The notes: generated by a model from the sequence alone, not told the origin. A stretch of 64,000 bases of DNA from the human T2T-CHM13v2.0 reference genome, Homo sapiens (GCF_009914755.1 NC_060935.1); one strand, 5' to 3'. Shown: positions 43,402 through 61,627, counted from the first letter of the stretch. Numbers and translations are program-made.

Positions 43402-44795
43402 TAGAGACAAGGTTTCACCATGTTAGTCAGGATGGTTTCGATCTCCTGACCTTGTGATCCGCCCGCCTCGGCCTCCCAAAGTGCTGGGATTACAGGCGTG
43501 AGCCACCGCGCCCGGTCTTTTTTGTATTTTTAGTAGAGAGAGGGTTTCACTGTGTTAGCCAGGATGATCTCGATCTCCTGACCTCGTAATCCGCCCGCCT
43601 TGGCCTCCCAAAGTGCTGGGATTACAGGCGTGAGCCACCGGGCCAGGCAATTTTTGTATTTTTAGTAGAGATGGGGTTTTGCCATGTTGGCCAGGCTGGT
43701 CTCGAACTCTTGACCTCAGGTGATCCCGCCCACCTCAGCCTCTCAAATTGCTGTGGTTACGGTTGTGAGCCACCATGCCCGGCCTAAATTAGGAATAATT
43801 CTGTCTTACTTCCAGTACTTCCAGGCACAGTGGCTGGCATATACAAGGTAGTAACATTGCAAAACCCACCGCTTCAGGGAAAGGCTTTCGTGAGCCTTTC
43901 CTTCTCTTTTTTTTGTAAATTAAAAACAATAAGTGATCATTTAACACATTGTATTTGAAGGCTTATAATTAATTTTAAGTATATCTGTTTATATAACTTT
44001 GTTACAATAATAACAGATATGAAAGGAAATTACTCCAAATCTCACCATCCTGTTAATAGAAAATAAATTATTTTCATTTGCTAACCTTGCTTTTCAGTCT
44101 TTGTCCATGTTACAAAGCTATATCCTTCCATAAATACTTTTTTGTTATATTTTTTAATGGCTGTGAAATATTTAATTTACTGGATTCTTGCTATTTGCTT
44201 AACCAGTCCTATATTGTTCAACATTTCTCTTCAGAGGCAGAGTGATTTAGTGGAAACAATGGAAAGTTTGAAAACAAAGATCTTAGGTTTGAAATCTTAG
44301 TTGAACCTCTTACTACGTGACCTTGGGTAAGTTATTTAACCTTTCTAAAACAAACTTTTTCTTGGCTGTTATAAAAGAGGACTTTTTCTTTCTTTCTTTC
44401 TCCCCCACCTCCCTCTTTTTTTAGAGATGGGGTCTCGCTATGTAGCCCAGGCTGTAGCGTAGTGGCTACTCATAGGCACGATCTTAACAGGCTGTCACCT
44501 TGAACTTCTGGTCTCAAGCAATCCTCCTGCCTCAACAGGAGGATTACGCCTGGCTAGGAAGGTGTCTTTTATTTTTATTTATTTATTTATTTATTTTTGA
44601 GATAGAGTCTCGCTCTGTCACCCAGGCTGGAGTGCAGTGGCATGATCTCGGCTCACTGCAAGCTCCACCTCCTGGATTTACGCCATTCTCCTGCCTCAGT
44701 GTAGCTGGGACTACAGGCGCCCACCACCACACCCGGCTAATTTTTTGTATTTTTAGTAGAGACGGGGCTTCACCGTGTTAGCTAGGATGGTCTCA

Positions 44796-44894
<99 letters not shown>

Positions 44895-45064
44895 TTATGC
44901 TTTTACTCTGCATTAAGAGGTGATTTATATGAAGTCCCAACTAAAATTTGGATACTCAATAAAAAGCCATGATTTCAGTATTTGGTAATTACTAATACGT
45001 AATGTGATAAAAACCTTTCACACATAAAGTTCATTTAATCTTCCGTGTTATTGCCTTAGGATAA

Positions 45065-45312
<248 letters not shown>

Positions 45313-45650
45313 TAGCCAGGATGCTCTCGATCTCCTGATCTCGTGATCCGCCCGCCTTGGCCTCCCAAAGTGCTGGGATTACAGGCGTGAACCACCGCGC
45401 CCGGCAGTTTAAATATTTTAGTGGCTATCAGAAACACATCTCAAATTGCTTTTCAGAAAGTTTCCTTCAATTACGCAGCCATTAGCAATCGATTGCACCA
45501 CACACTGTATCTGACTCCCTTTATGAACATTGTGGATATAGTATGTGAAACCTTTTGTAACTGATTGTTTTGCTTTTCTTTTTGTGGAACTTGAACATTT
45601 TTCGTTTTTGAACAGAAAGACTTGTCTGTAGGAACGACAGCTCAGGCAGC

Positions 45651-45656
45651 CACGTG
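45651..45656. promoter_or_regulatory. Canonical E-box CACGTG (MYC/MAX-type)
   Basis: gcCACGTGgg about 130 nt upstream of the TCT tract. IPO7 is a known MYC-responsive gene. Confidence 0.65.
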
Positions 45657-45677
45657 GGCTGCGGACTGTGTTTGTGG

Positions 45678-45696
45678 ACTACATCTCCCAAAGTGC
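45678..45696 (+). promoter_or_regulatory. ZNF143/THAP11-type SBS motif
   Basis: ACTACATCTCCCAAAGTGC matches ACTAYRnnnCCCR plus the SBS core, at the usual position about 90-105 nt upstream of the TSS. Confidence 0.7.
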
Positions 45697-45712
45697 TCCG
45701 CAGGCGCGCCCA

Positions 45713-45720
45713 CAGGAAGT
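45713..45720 (+). promoter_or_regulatory. ETS/GABP motif
   Basis: CAGGAAGT in the proximal promoter. Confidence 0.5.
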
Positions 45721-45779
45721 CGCCGGAGCATCTCCCGCCTCCACGCCGAGGCGAAGAGGTTCTATCCGGGGCCTTGGCG

Positions 45780-45794
45780 CTTCTCTTTCCTTTC
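45780..45794 (+). promoter_or_regulatory. Pyrimidine-tract initiator (TCT motif / 5'TOP), probable TSS near C45785
   Basis: 15 uninterrupted pyrimidines (cttctctttcctttc) containing YYCTTTYY at 45783-45790, about 115 nt upstream of the ATG. Confidence 0.7.
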
Positions 45795-45827
45795 GCGCCG
45801 GTTGCCGCTGCGGAGCGCGGCGGGTCC

Positions 45828-45999
<172 letters not shown>

Positions 46000-48634
46000 T
46001 AGCGGTGGCGGCGGGCAGGCGGGTGGGCAGAAGTGGCAGGCCGAGCCCCCGGGGCCTGGCCGGAGGCGCGGACGACGTCGTTGAGGGTCCCAGCAGGAGG
46101 GTGGGGCGGACATCTGACGGCGACTTCCACGCCGGGGCGCCTCGGTGTGGTGTGGTGGTGGTGGCTGCAGCCAAGGCTGCCTTTGCTTCGGATCCTGAGC
46201 TGGGCCTCTGGCTGCGGTCTAGGCATGAGGAGCCGGCTGAGGCGGGGCGGGCGTGACGGGTTGGACACATGGCTGGCTCGGGTGGCTGGCCGACCTCTGG
46301 CTCATTCCCAGCTGGTTCCTCACGTCCAGGAGGGGGCGAAACTTACTGGGAGGTTTTTCAGATGTTTCTGAGACCAGTCTCGCCGTCGCAGGGTTTGGAA
46401 GGGCTCCTGGGAATGCCGGCTGGTCCTTTGGGGGCTGCGCCTGTCATCCTTGTCACTTTGCTGGGCTGATCAGTGGCCTGCCTCGGGCACAACTTCCTCC
46501 TCTCTGGCTGAGTTGCTAGGGAAGGCTTTCAAAGGCAAGCCCGCGCCTCCTTGGCAGGATAGGAGTAGTGCGGGACACTCACAGAGTCTGATCCCTGCTT
46601 TTCCGCTGTCCTAATGCTTCAGTCGGGGAGCTGGCTTATGTAGTGGGAAGGATCAGGTGAAGTGCACCCTTCTAGGTATAGCTGCACCATTGATTCCTTG
46701 AGTGACCTTGGGCCAGTCGCTTAACCTCTTGATCCTGAGTTTTTCCCATTCATAAAATTACGCCACAGAGTTGCTGTGACAGACAGGTGAGATAATGTTA
46801 AGTCTGAGTGCCTTGGAACATGCTGAGCTCCTTATCAGTTCAGATATTGCATTCTCTGAAGGTTTTTTTTTTCCCCCATATTTTGTGGGGACCGCTCCTT
46901 GGAAAACAGCTTAATTGCATGAATATTTATTGTACTATCTCCAGTGTCATTCTTTGTTTCTAAACTTTTGCATTTTTACGTATTAATGATCAGTATTTTA
47001 AATCCTTCTTAAAAGGGCTGCTGTAACTTTTCTGCCAGTTAGTAACTGTCCTTCAGCATGCTGCTGAATCTGCCAGCTTTACTGAACTTTAGTGTACATT
47101 TTTTAACTGAAAAAGAAATCACACTTTAAAATAGAAATTCAACTATTTTATGCGTCTTTTAGCTGGTAAGTAAATAATTTAAAAACATTGTTTATATTGA
47201 CTTACCAGAAACAGCAGAAATATTACTAACTGGACTTTCAGTGTAAAGGGCTGCACTAGAGATCCCTGCCCTCACGGAACTTACAGTTCAAGAAGACTAC
47301 CTACAGAGTTTACACAAATTAAATGTAAAATTATTTCAGAATGTTAAATCTATTTTATATGTAAATGAGATCATTATTATACCACACAAAGTGATGATTA
47401 CATGTTCAAATTTTTAGACTCAGAGTCACCTTGGGAGGAGCTTAGATTTTTTTGGATATAAAATAGTGAGTTGAACCGTATTACCATTTTGAACCATTAC
47501 CAAACTATGGAAGGAGCAATGGATCACTTTTTGTTTTGATTTGCTTAGTGATAGACATGGGTTAAGTTGAAAATTATTTTGCTTATTAAATAGTAATGCA
47601 GTTACAAGCCTAGAAAAGCTAAAAGTTTAGTCATGGTCATTTCTACCATGACTTTGCTCTAATCGCGTATTATTTTGACTAATTATACTTGCATGTAATT
47701 ATTAATTTTAAAAGTGAGTACTTGAAGAGTTGGTTTGCTTCTACAAAAATGGGGGAAATAATACTTCCTGAAAATCTGAAATTCATTTATTCCTCAAATA
47801 GACATTACATGTCTAGTATATGCACTAACATCTTGTAGTAGAAACCTGGGGTATTTCACAAGCTAGTTTTTGGAAGATAAACAAATGATCAAAATAGTAT
47901 TCAATGCCTTTTTTACTTAACCATTAAACTACTGTTTTGGAATACTGTCAAACAGTGAACACCGCTAATCTGTCAAAGAAAATTTGTTACATGGCCTTTA
48001 TTTTTGTAATCCTTAGCTATTTACATTTCATACATTTCTTTCAATTATAACACCTAGATTTTTAAATATTCTTCCTAAGGTAAATTTTCTATTAGTATAT
48101 TTACTTTCATTCCATTTTAATACACTACTTCTCCCTCTCCCTTCTTCCATTTAAATATTTTTTGCTTTGACTTTCTTGTGGCAGAACATTGATTTGGGAG
48201 ACAGATCTCAGACAAGTCTTGAATATTGTTAAGAATGAGGAAGTAACATTTCTGAAAGGCTCTTGCTTTGGAGAAGATAGAAGAACGAATTATTCTATGA
48301 TGTCTCTCATTCCAGTGAAGCTGTGTTTTGGTTCATTTAGAACCAAAGAATAAGATCATTGACATTTGAATGAATCTCTTCACAAAGTGAAATAATCACT
48401 GACTCAATGTAAAATTTGTAAATGTTATTAAAGTGTTTATAGTATAGACAGTTTCGAAACAAAATAGCCCTTCTGCCTCAGAGTCTTTGCACTTAACTCC
48501 TTGGAACTCCTTTCACATAGTTATCCCCCTAACTTGTTCTCTCATTTCCTTCCATCCCTGTTCAAATGTCTCCTTATCACTGAGGAGTTCCTTGACCATC
48601 ATACTCCCTATCTCCTTTCACTTGTTTTTCTCTA

Positions 48635-48982
<348 letters not shown>

Positions 48983-48995
48983 TTAATTAAATTTA

Positions 48996-49835
<840 letters not shown>

Positions 49836-50324
49836 TAATTTTTTCAGAGCTAAGGCCTTGCTATGTTACCCAGGCTGGAGTGCAGTGGGCTCCACTGCAC
49901 TACATAGTACACTACAGCCTAGAACTCTTGGCCTCAAGCAGCGTCCTCCCGTCTGAGCCTCCCAGGTGGCTGGGACTGCAGACACGTGCTACCACGCCTG
50001 GCCTAATTTTACTTAACTTTTCTTCTCCCCACTATAATTTTAAGTTTCTTGAGGTCATGAATTGTTATTTTTTGTTATTATTATTCCTTGATTTGCCAGT
50101 AATAGGCTTTATGACTGACTTCCTGTTATAATATTAATAAATAACAGTATAGGCTTTAGCTCTTTTATTTATTTTTTAAAATTTATTATTATTATTATTA
50201 GTATTTTTGTGGCAGGTTCTCACTCTGTTGCCCAGGCTAGAGTGCGGTGGCATGATCTTGGCTCACTGTAGCCTCCAATCCCAGGTTCAAGCGATTCTCA
50301 GTCCTCAGCCTCTTGAGTAACTGA

Positions 50325-50492
<168 letters not shown>

Positions 50493-51133
50493 TAAATATA
50501 ATGCCAGGAAGATTTTTATTAAATACTCATTCCGAAGGATAATTCCCAGTCTGGTTCATGTAACAGCAAATGTCTGTGTGCTAGGCACTGAGCTAAGTAG
50601 TTAGATGCAGAGAAATTTATGATCACTGCCTTTCTAGAGCTCCATAATCACCACGTCACTGGCCCATACAATACATGTGGTCAGTACTATAATAAAGCTA
50701 CATGTAAGTTTTGGATGACGAAACTATTAGATCTGATTTTGGCTAAGGTGGATATGATCTCCGCATCAATAGTCTTTCCCCTGTTATATTCGCAGTCAAG
50801 AAAAATGCTGTAAGTGGAATTAGAGGGTTTACCCAGGAGACATTTAAACTCTTAGTTCCTAAGCTCAATATGGTATATAATGGTTATATATGTATATACA
50901 CCTTTTTTTTTTTTTGAGTGGAGTTTCGCTCTTTTTGCCCAGGCTAGAGTGCATTGGTGCCATCCGGCTCACTGCAACCTCCATCTCCCGGGTTCAGGCA
51001 ATTCTGCCTCAGCCTCCCGAGTAGCTGGGATTAAAGGAATGCACCACCACACACGGCTAATTTTTGTGTTTTTAGTAGAGACGGGGTTTCACCATGTTGG
51101 CCAGCCTGGTCTTGAACTCCTCACTGCAGGTGA

Positions 51134-51508
<375 letters not shown>

Positions 51509-51906
51509 TGATATACCTTACTTATAAATGGTTCATTTGATTCCATTTTATTAAAAGTATTTAATGAAAATCTTAGGTCTGGAAAAGTGTAAAATAATGG
51601 CATATTTGTAAGATAATTTGGAATGTTTAGAAATTAAGCAAAATATTTTAGGAAGACCAGAGTAGCCTGTAGTTTAGATAACATTCCTTCACCAGGAATA
51701 TTTTGAAGTACTGTTCTGAATTTGGGAGAAGGAAAGTCCCTGGATACTTTGGCTGTTAGATAGCAAGTTATTCAATGATATAGCTTGTTAAAGATCTGAA
51801 AGAGTTTGGGCGCAGTGGCTCACGCCTGTAATCCCAGCACTTTGGGAGGTAAAAGCAGGAAGAGGATCGCTCGTCCAGGAGTTTGAGACCAGCCTGGGCA
51901 ACATAG

Positions 51907-52236
<330 letters not shown>

Positions 52237-52300
52237 TAATAAAAAAGTTTTTTTTTAAAGTTCCTAGTTGGAGGTCAGATGCGGTGGCTCACGCCTGTAA

Positions 52301-52396
<96 letters not shown>

Positions 52397-53351
52397 TGAA
52401 AAATTAGCCGGGTGTGGTGGTGGGTGCCTGTAATCCCAGCTACTTGGGAGACTGAGGCAGGAGAATCACTTGAACCCGGGAGGCGGAGGTGCAGTGAGCC
52501 AAGATCACGTCATTGCATTCCAGCCCGGGCAACAGTGCAAGACTCTGCCTCAAAAAAAGAAAAATAAAATAAAAGTTCTGGCCGGGCATGGTGGCTCACG
52601 CCTGTAATCCCAGCACTTTGGGAGGCTGAGGTGGGTGGATCATGAGGTCAGGAGATCGAGACCATCCTGGCTAACATGGTGAAACCCCATTTCTACTAAA
52701 AATACAGAAAATTAGCTGGGCATGGTGGTGGGTGCCTGTAGTTCCACCTACTCAGGAGGCTGAGGCAGAATGGCATGAACCTGGGAGGCAGAGCTTGCGG
52801 TGAGCAGAGATCACACCACTGCACTCCAGCCTGGGCGACAGCAAGACTCCATCTTAAAAAATAAAATAACATAAAACTTCCTAGTTGGAAAGCATAAAAA
52901 TAATATTTTAAAATTATTTTTATTGTTATTATTTTTTGAGACAGGGTTTCACACTGTTACCCAGGCTGGAGTGCAGTAGTATGAACATGGCTCACGGCAG
53001 CCTTGACTCTCCTGGGATTAAGCTATCCTCCTGCCTTAGCCTCCCAACTAGCTGGGACTACAGGCGTGCACCACCACACCTGCCTAAGTTTTTGATTTTT
53101 TGTAGAGACGAGGTCTGTCTTTGTTGCCCAGCCTTGACTCCCAAGTGCTAGAATTACAGGTGCGAGTCACTGCACTTGGCTTATTACTGTTTTTTTAACA
53201 AAGGCAGAGGGACGCAGTGAAGAGCCTTAGCCTTGTCCTGAGTCTACGACTATAATGACTTAACCTCACTATGCCTTATATTTCATGTAGCCAAGGTAGA
53301 TGTCATATTTGCCTTTGTCAAATTCTTTTTTTTTTTTTTTTTTTTTTTTGA

Positions 53352-53456
<105 letters not shown>

Positions 53457-54501
53457 TGAGTAGCTGGGATTACAGGTATGCATTACCACGTCCGGCTAAT
53501 TTTGTATTTTTAGTAGAGACGGGGTTTCTCCATGTTGGTAGGCTGGTCTCGAACTCCCGAGATCCGCCCACCTTGGTCTCCCTAAGTGCTGGGATTACAG
53601 GTGTGAGCCACTGTGCCCGGCTTGTCAAATGCTTTAGTAACAAGAAAGGTTAGAAGTTCCTTGGCTCTTGAAATTACCTGGTTGTATTTAATGTAAAAAT
53701 CTGATAGCACGGGATTCTTCTACCTCCTGTGTTCCTTAAAAATGGTCTGAAGTATAGTAGCTAATTGAAAGTCTCTTTGGTTATATTTCAATGGAGAGAA
53801 ATAATACAAAGTTACAGTTTTGGCCGGGTGCGGTGGCTCAGGCCTGTTATCCCAGCACTTTGGGAGGCCAAGGTGGGTGGATCATCTGAGGTCAGGCGTT
53901 TAAGACCAGCCTGGTCAACATGGCAAAACCCTGTCTCTACTAAAAATACAAAAATTAGCCGGGCATGGTGTTGCGTGCCTGTAATCCCAGCTACTCAGGA
54001 GGCTGAGGTATGAGAACCGCTTGAACCTGGGAGGCAGTGGCTGAAGTGAGCCAAGATTGCTCCACTGCACTCTAGCCTGGGCGACAGCAAGACTCTGTCT
54101 CAAAAAAAAAAAAAAAAAAAGTTACGGGTTTGAAGAGTATGTTTTAAAAGATACTGACATTAGTGATTACATTGGAAAATGTGGGTCCAGAGGGAAAACT
54201 GATTTTGAAGACATGAGTTACATACAGAGTGTCTAGTTTGAGGAGCTGGTAAACATCAAGTAGAAAAAGTCTAGCAGGCAATTGGAATGTGGAGCTGAAG
54301 TTTAGGAGAGAAAGCAGCAATGGAAAAGTGATATTCTTCTGCAGGCAGGTGATTACAGTAGTATGATCCAAAGGTATGGGATGGACTAGAGGGCTAAACT
54401 TTCAACCATGCCTATTTTGGGTACTTTGATAAACATCTGAAAAAGCAGACTGGAGATTTTGGGCATAAAAGTAAGAGAGAAGCCAAGAAAGATAATTTTA
54501 A

Positions 54502-54856
<355 letters not shown>

Positions 54857-55089
54857 TAGATTTAATAAATTCTCTACCAAAGAGCATGAATTACTTTTGA
54901 AAATGAGTAAAAAATTTTTAGAAAAAAGAAAGGGGTGTTGATACTCCTAAATGAGAGAGGTTAAACAAACTGAAGACTTTCTGGGAAAATGCATTAAAGT
55001 ATCAGTAACCTTGGAAAAGTAATTTCTAATTTTTTTCTTTTAATTTTTTTATTTTTTTGAGACAGTCTCTCTCTGTCTCCCAGCTGTAG

Positions 55090-55260
<171 letters not shown>

Positions 55261-56376
55261 TGACTTCGTGATCCGCCCTCCTCGGCCTCCCAAAGTGCTG
55301 GGATTGCAGGCGTGAACCATCGCCCCCAGCCTTTTAATTTTTAAAATTATTATTAATTTTCCACGCCGTCAGAGGGGAAAGCAATTTCTGATTACAGTGT
55401 TAGTGAGTGGAATGCTAGTAAGGGGGCAGGGATAAGATTGTAAGTTAAAAGGGTGGCCATATTGGGAAATTCGTTGATGTGAGAGTGTGCGTTTTTCTTT
55501 TTCTATTTTTTAAAGTTGAGCTTATTTTGGGTGGCAGAGAAAGCAGCAGGGAAGCTGGCTGTATAGTAGAATAGGGGCCTAGGTTTTTGAGGCCTGTTGC
55601 TACTACCTGTTGTACTAATAGTTTTTCATTCATGTTTTATAGTCATCATTCCTTGAATTACATTCTTCATTACATTCTTCACAGTGCTTCAAGAACTCAT
55701 TTTCCTATAGCATAAATCTGATCATGTATAACCCTTCACAAAAAATTCATACTCTTTAAATTTTTTGGCCACAACCTACCAATTCATTTTTATCTTTCAC
55801 TGTTCAAAGTCTTCTCTGATTTCTGAGTTTACGTCCCTTAGGTTCTAACTTGAAATTTTACTTATTAGCCCAATTGGAATTAAACTCCCAACATAACTTC
55901 ATACTGATCTTTTTTTCTCCATAGTGTCTGGCGCATTGTCAGTACTAGTAAGTAGAATGGAGTTGGGTTTGTTGAAGAATTTTGATGAGATGAATTAAGT
56001 GTGACTATTGAAATTATCTGGGTTGATGACAGATAATGAGAAGGTTCAAAGATGTCTAGGAAGGTGATTTTGTGTTATGGTTAAGAGCTTTTAAAACTAG
56101 AGTATTAGGAGTTTTAGCCCTAATTAATGATGTATAATGACTCATTTGGTGCTTCAGTTCTATGCTAGAATCCAGGAGCTTGAGAAGGGGACTACTGGGC
56201 ATATAATTAGGGGCAGCATCCAGAAGTTATATTTATATTTTGACTCATATAAAAAATCTATTGTAGCATCTTCTGAGGCCTGTATTGATGTTTGCCAAAT
56301 TGTTGACAATAATACCATAATTGCCCAAATTTTAAAGGGTTTTTGTGATAAAGATTGAAACTAGTGATATTTTTAA

Positions 56377-56613
<237 letters not shown>

Positions 56614-56820
56614 TGAACTCCTGACTTTGTGATCTGCCTGCCTTGGCCTCCCAAAGTGCAGGGATTACAGGTGTGAGCCACTGCCCCCGGCCCTCACTTG
56701 TTACCTTCTTTGGGAGAATACAAGTCTTCATGTCTTAAGGATTTCAGGTGGGTAGAAATGTGTATGGGGCAGCTAGATGGATGTCCCTGGTTGAGATTGC
56801 CTGTGCTATATCCCCGCTAA

Positions 56821-57054
<234 letters not shown>

Positions 57055-57057
57055 TAA

Positions 57058-57380
<323 letters not shown>

Positions 57381-58486
57381 CTACTAAAAATACAAAAATT
57401 AGCTGGGCGTAGCAGCACATGCCCCTGTAATCCCAACTACTCAGGAAGCTGAGGCAGGAGAGTCATTTCAACCTGGGAGGCGGAGGTTGCAGTGAGCCGA
57501 GATTGCGCCACTGCACTCCGGCCAGGGAGACAAAGCGAGACTCCATCTCAAAAACAAAGTCGTAAGTGCTTATTTTCATAGTTCAGTGTTGTCGATTTAA
57601 CTATTCACACATTTAAAGTATGCAATACAGTGGCTTTTAGTATGTTCACAGTTGTACAGCCATCACCCAATCTTTAAAACATTTCCATCACCCCACAAAG
57701 AAAATTCATATCTTACCAGTCACTCCGCATTCCGCCCCGACCCCATTCCTAGCCCTAGGCAACAATCCTATTTTCTGTCTATGTAGATTTGTGTATTCCA
57801 GACATTTCATGTAATTGGAATCATACAATATGTAGTCTTTTGTGACTGGCTTCTTTCATACAGTATTGTTTTCAAAGTTCATACATTGTTGTAACATGTA
57901 TCAGTATTTCATTTTTTAAATTGCCGAATAGCATTCTATTGTATGTATCGATAAGACACATTTTACTTTCATTAGTTGATGGGCATACAGGTTGTTTCCA
58001 CTTTTACAGTATTATGAGTAATGCTGCTGTGAAAGTTGGGGTAAAAATAGTCTCAGTTTTGTTTTTTTAAGTTAAATCTGGGTAACCAGCACCCAGACCA
58101 AGAGACATGTAACATTTTCATTGGCCTAGAAAGTTTCCGTGATACTCTTCCTATTCAGTACTGTTTCTCCTCCAAGTTACTATTTTTCTGACTTCTATTA
58201 CTATAGGTTAGATTTGCTTGCCTTAACACACCTAATGTTGCTATACATCTGTCCAGCCAACAAAAACAGTGGTGGTTTTTGTTGTTGTTTAGGGTTGAGG
58301 TCTTGCTTTGCTGCCCAGGCTGGAGTGGAGTGGTGTGATCATAGCTCACTGCAGCCTCGAACTGCAAACGCATGCTTCCACTTCCAGCTATTATAATTTT
58401 TAGGCTGGGCGCAGTGGATCACGAGGTCAGGAGTTCAAGACCAGCCTGGCCAAGATGTTGAAACCCCGTCTTTACTAAAAATAATT

Positions 58487-58488
58487 AA

Positions 58489-58548
<60 letters not shown>
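58487..58548. repeat. A20(TA)21 microsatellite in an Alu middle linker
   Basis: A run at 58487-58506 followed by perfect (TA)21 at 58507-58548. Confidence 0.95.
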
Positions 58549-58552
<4 letters not shown>

Positions 58553-59764
58553 TCGGGCACGGTGGCAGGTGCCTGTAAATTTTTTTAAATTTTCTGTAGA
58601 GGTAGCATCTTGCTATGTTGCTCAGGCTGGTCTTGATCTCGTGACCTCAGGTGATCCTCCTGCATCAGCCTCCCAAAGCACTGGGATTACGGGTGTGAGC
58701 CACTGTGCTGGGCAGTTTTTGTTGTTCCAACATGGCTTCCAAACATAAACCAACAGTTTAATCTGGGGTTCTAATCATATAAAGTAGTCTGTTTCAAGTT
58801 AAGGAAAAACTTCAGTGTTGGGATCTCAAGAGAGATTGTATATGCAAAACCATGTATGTGTGCTTTGTGGGCGATTTAAGGAACTAAAGGGTAACTTGGC
58901 TATACATCGTTTACACCTTACTGATGTTAGAGCATACTCTGAGAAAGGTGAGAGTCTACTGAATATGGATATACAAAGGATATAAAATTTGTTATGTCTT
59001 GATATTTGCTAAGATATTTTCTGTGTTGTTTTATATACTCCTTGTAGCCATCCTGTGAAGTAGATTTTATTATTCCTATTTTGTAATTGAGACTTAGATT
59101 TACTGAATCAACTTGTTGAAGGCTTAGCATTCTAGGAAGTGGCATCACCTAGATTTACAACCAAGACTATCTGATTGCAGCAGTTCTTTCCAGGAATTCA
59201 TGATTTGATGCAGGAGAGAAGATACATACTGTAATGTAAATGGTCTGAAAACTGCCCTAGTAGTGTGGATAGTAGTGTCCTTTGGGCTCATCTGTCTGTC
59301 CCTTAAATATAAAAACCTTTCTCACTCTACACTGCCCCTAGGCAATCACATCTTCCAAGGCATTTATTTCTTGGCTCTTCCAATTCATTCAGTGAATTTT
59401 TTTAATAGCTTAAATGCCACGTGTCATATGAAGAACTGGGGATATAAACAGTATAGTTCTTACTCAGTGGGGCTTAGAGTCTAATTAATAGGAGAAACAG
59501 GCATTAGACCCATCTACAAATATAGTAAACAAATATGTAATAAGCATTATGAAGAAAAATAATGGTTATGAGAGCAATAGGGAGCCCTACTTTAGCTTGA
59601 GTGATCAGGCAGAAAAGGCTTCTGTAAGGAAATAATGTTTAAGCCGAAACCCAAAGAATGCGAAGCTGTGAACCAGTTAACTGGTGGAGCATGCAAGAGA
59701 AGGATGTTGTAGGTAGAAAGACACAGCATGTACAAAGACTCTGAAATGAAGTCATGTGTTTCTT

Positions 59765-60045
59765 TTTGCTTTTATTATTTTTTAATTGATACATGATAAT
59801 TGTATAATACATATCTATGGGATACAGTGGTGTTTCAGTACATGTATACAACAACGTAATGATCAAATCAGGGTAATTAGCATATTCATCTCAAATGTAT
59901 ATCATTTCTTTGGGCTAGGAACATTGAAAATCTGCTTCTAGCTATTTGAAAATATACAATAAGTTGTTGTTAATTATGGTTACCCTACAGTGCTATAGAA
60001 CACTAGAACTCACTAGTTCTATCTAGCTGTGATTTTGTATCTGTT
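59765..60045 (-). mobile_element. L1MA 3' end fragment
   Basis: tgatacatgataattgtat...gtaatgatcaaatcagggtaattagcat...ctagctatttgaaaatatacaataa is the antisense L1MA 3' terminus. Confidence 0.7.
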
Positions 60046-60477
60046 AAAAATGTTTCTTTCTTGTTGAAAGAACCTAAAGGCTGGTAGGTGGGGCAGTGAG
60101 TGGAGCGTGTTGAGAAAGTTTTTAAAAATGAGGCTGAAGAAAATGGCAGGGACAAGATGTCTTCATGTAGGACCTTGGAAGGTGCAGTAGAAAGCTTGTT
60201 AAAAGGTTTGCTTAAAGGGGATTGATTTATAATTTTAAAAGATCTTTGGCTGCTAAATGGAGAATGATTGGGGGCACAAATAGTTAAATTAAGAGGGATG
60301 ATAGTCACTTGGACTAGGTTGGTGTTCATGGGAATGGAGAAAATGGATGCTTTTTTTTTTTTTTTTGACAGAGTTTCACTCTTGTTGCCCAGGCTGGAGT
60401 ACAATGGCACAATCTCGGCTCACCACAACCTCTATCTCCGGGTTCAAGCGATTCTCCTGCCTCAGACTCCCGAGTAG

Positions 60478-60669
<192 letters not shown>

Positions 60670-61134
60670 TAGAATTGACAGGACTTGATATATTAAATTG
60701 GGTTGATGAAGAGGAAGGTGGTGAGGATTACTGTGAGGATAGTGATGAGAGGTTGGGAGAAATGGTGCAGGGAAGTAGAGTAATAATTTTCAGTGGAAAA
60801 TTATGCTTTGTAAAGATAGTGATTGGATGAGATCATCTGGGGAGAAGAAAGATGGCCTATGACCAAGTCCTGGTGAATTCTAGCATTTATAGATTAAACA
60901 GGATGAGAAATCAGTAAAGGAGCCTGAGAAGGAGAGAGACCAGAATAAATGGTATGCTGAGTGGCATAGGTGGAAGGGTGTTTAAGTAAAGTGACAATGG
61001 TTGGCAATGTTCACATCTAGGGTAGTGGAAAGGGTCAATACCTCCCTTTCATCCACCTAACTCCTTCTGTTCAGGTCTTCTGTATTAGGGGATCCTCCTT
61101 TTGATTCTTCAATACTGTTACTTCTTCCATTACA

Positions 61135-61461
61135 CACTTTTCCCTTGGTAACTGAGGGACTGGTTCCAGGACCCCCACGGATATCAAAATTCATGGATGC
61201 TGAAGTCCCTTAATATAAAATGGTGTAGTATTTGCTTATAACCTGTACACATCCCCTGAACACTTTAAATCTTTTTAGATTGCTTTTAATACCTAATACA
61301 ATGTAAATGCTACGTAAATAGTTGCTGTACTTATATTAAGTACTGTTTGTATTATTTTTATTGTTGTATTGTTATTTAAAATTTTTTTCCCCCAAACATT
61401 TTCCATCTGTGGTTGGTTGAATTCATGGATTTGAAACCCACAGATATGGGGGCACCGACTG
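61135..61461 (+). mobile_element. MER2 (TcMar-Tigger) non-autonomous DNA transposon
   Basis: tggttccaggacccccacggatatcaaaattcatggatgctgaagtccct...ccgactg|ta matches the recalled MER2 consensus. Confidence 0.75.
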
Positions 61462-61627
61462 TATTTTATTGCAGTTATCTATTTGGTTATCTTGTTTTTC
61501 TTGACAACACTGTAAGTTGCCATGAGGTCATAGAGCCCGGTTGTCATATTCAACCCTGTAGCCTCAGCTGCTGGCATAATGTCTTATAGCACAAACACCT
61601 AAATAAGTAATTTTTTTTTTTTTCTGA

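Noticed and set aside
45686-45697. The promoter SBS contains tcccaaagtgct, identical to an Alu 12-mer (Alu-derived site?)
   Set aside because: The flanks show no Alu similarity, and the match is explained by the ZNF143 motif itself.
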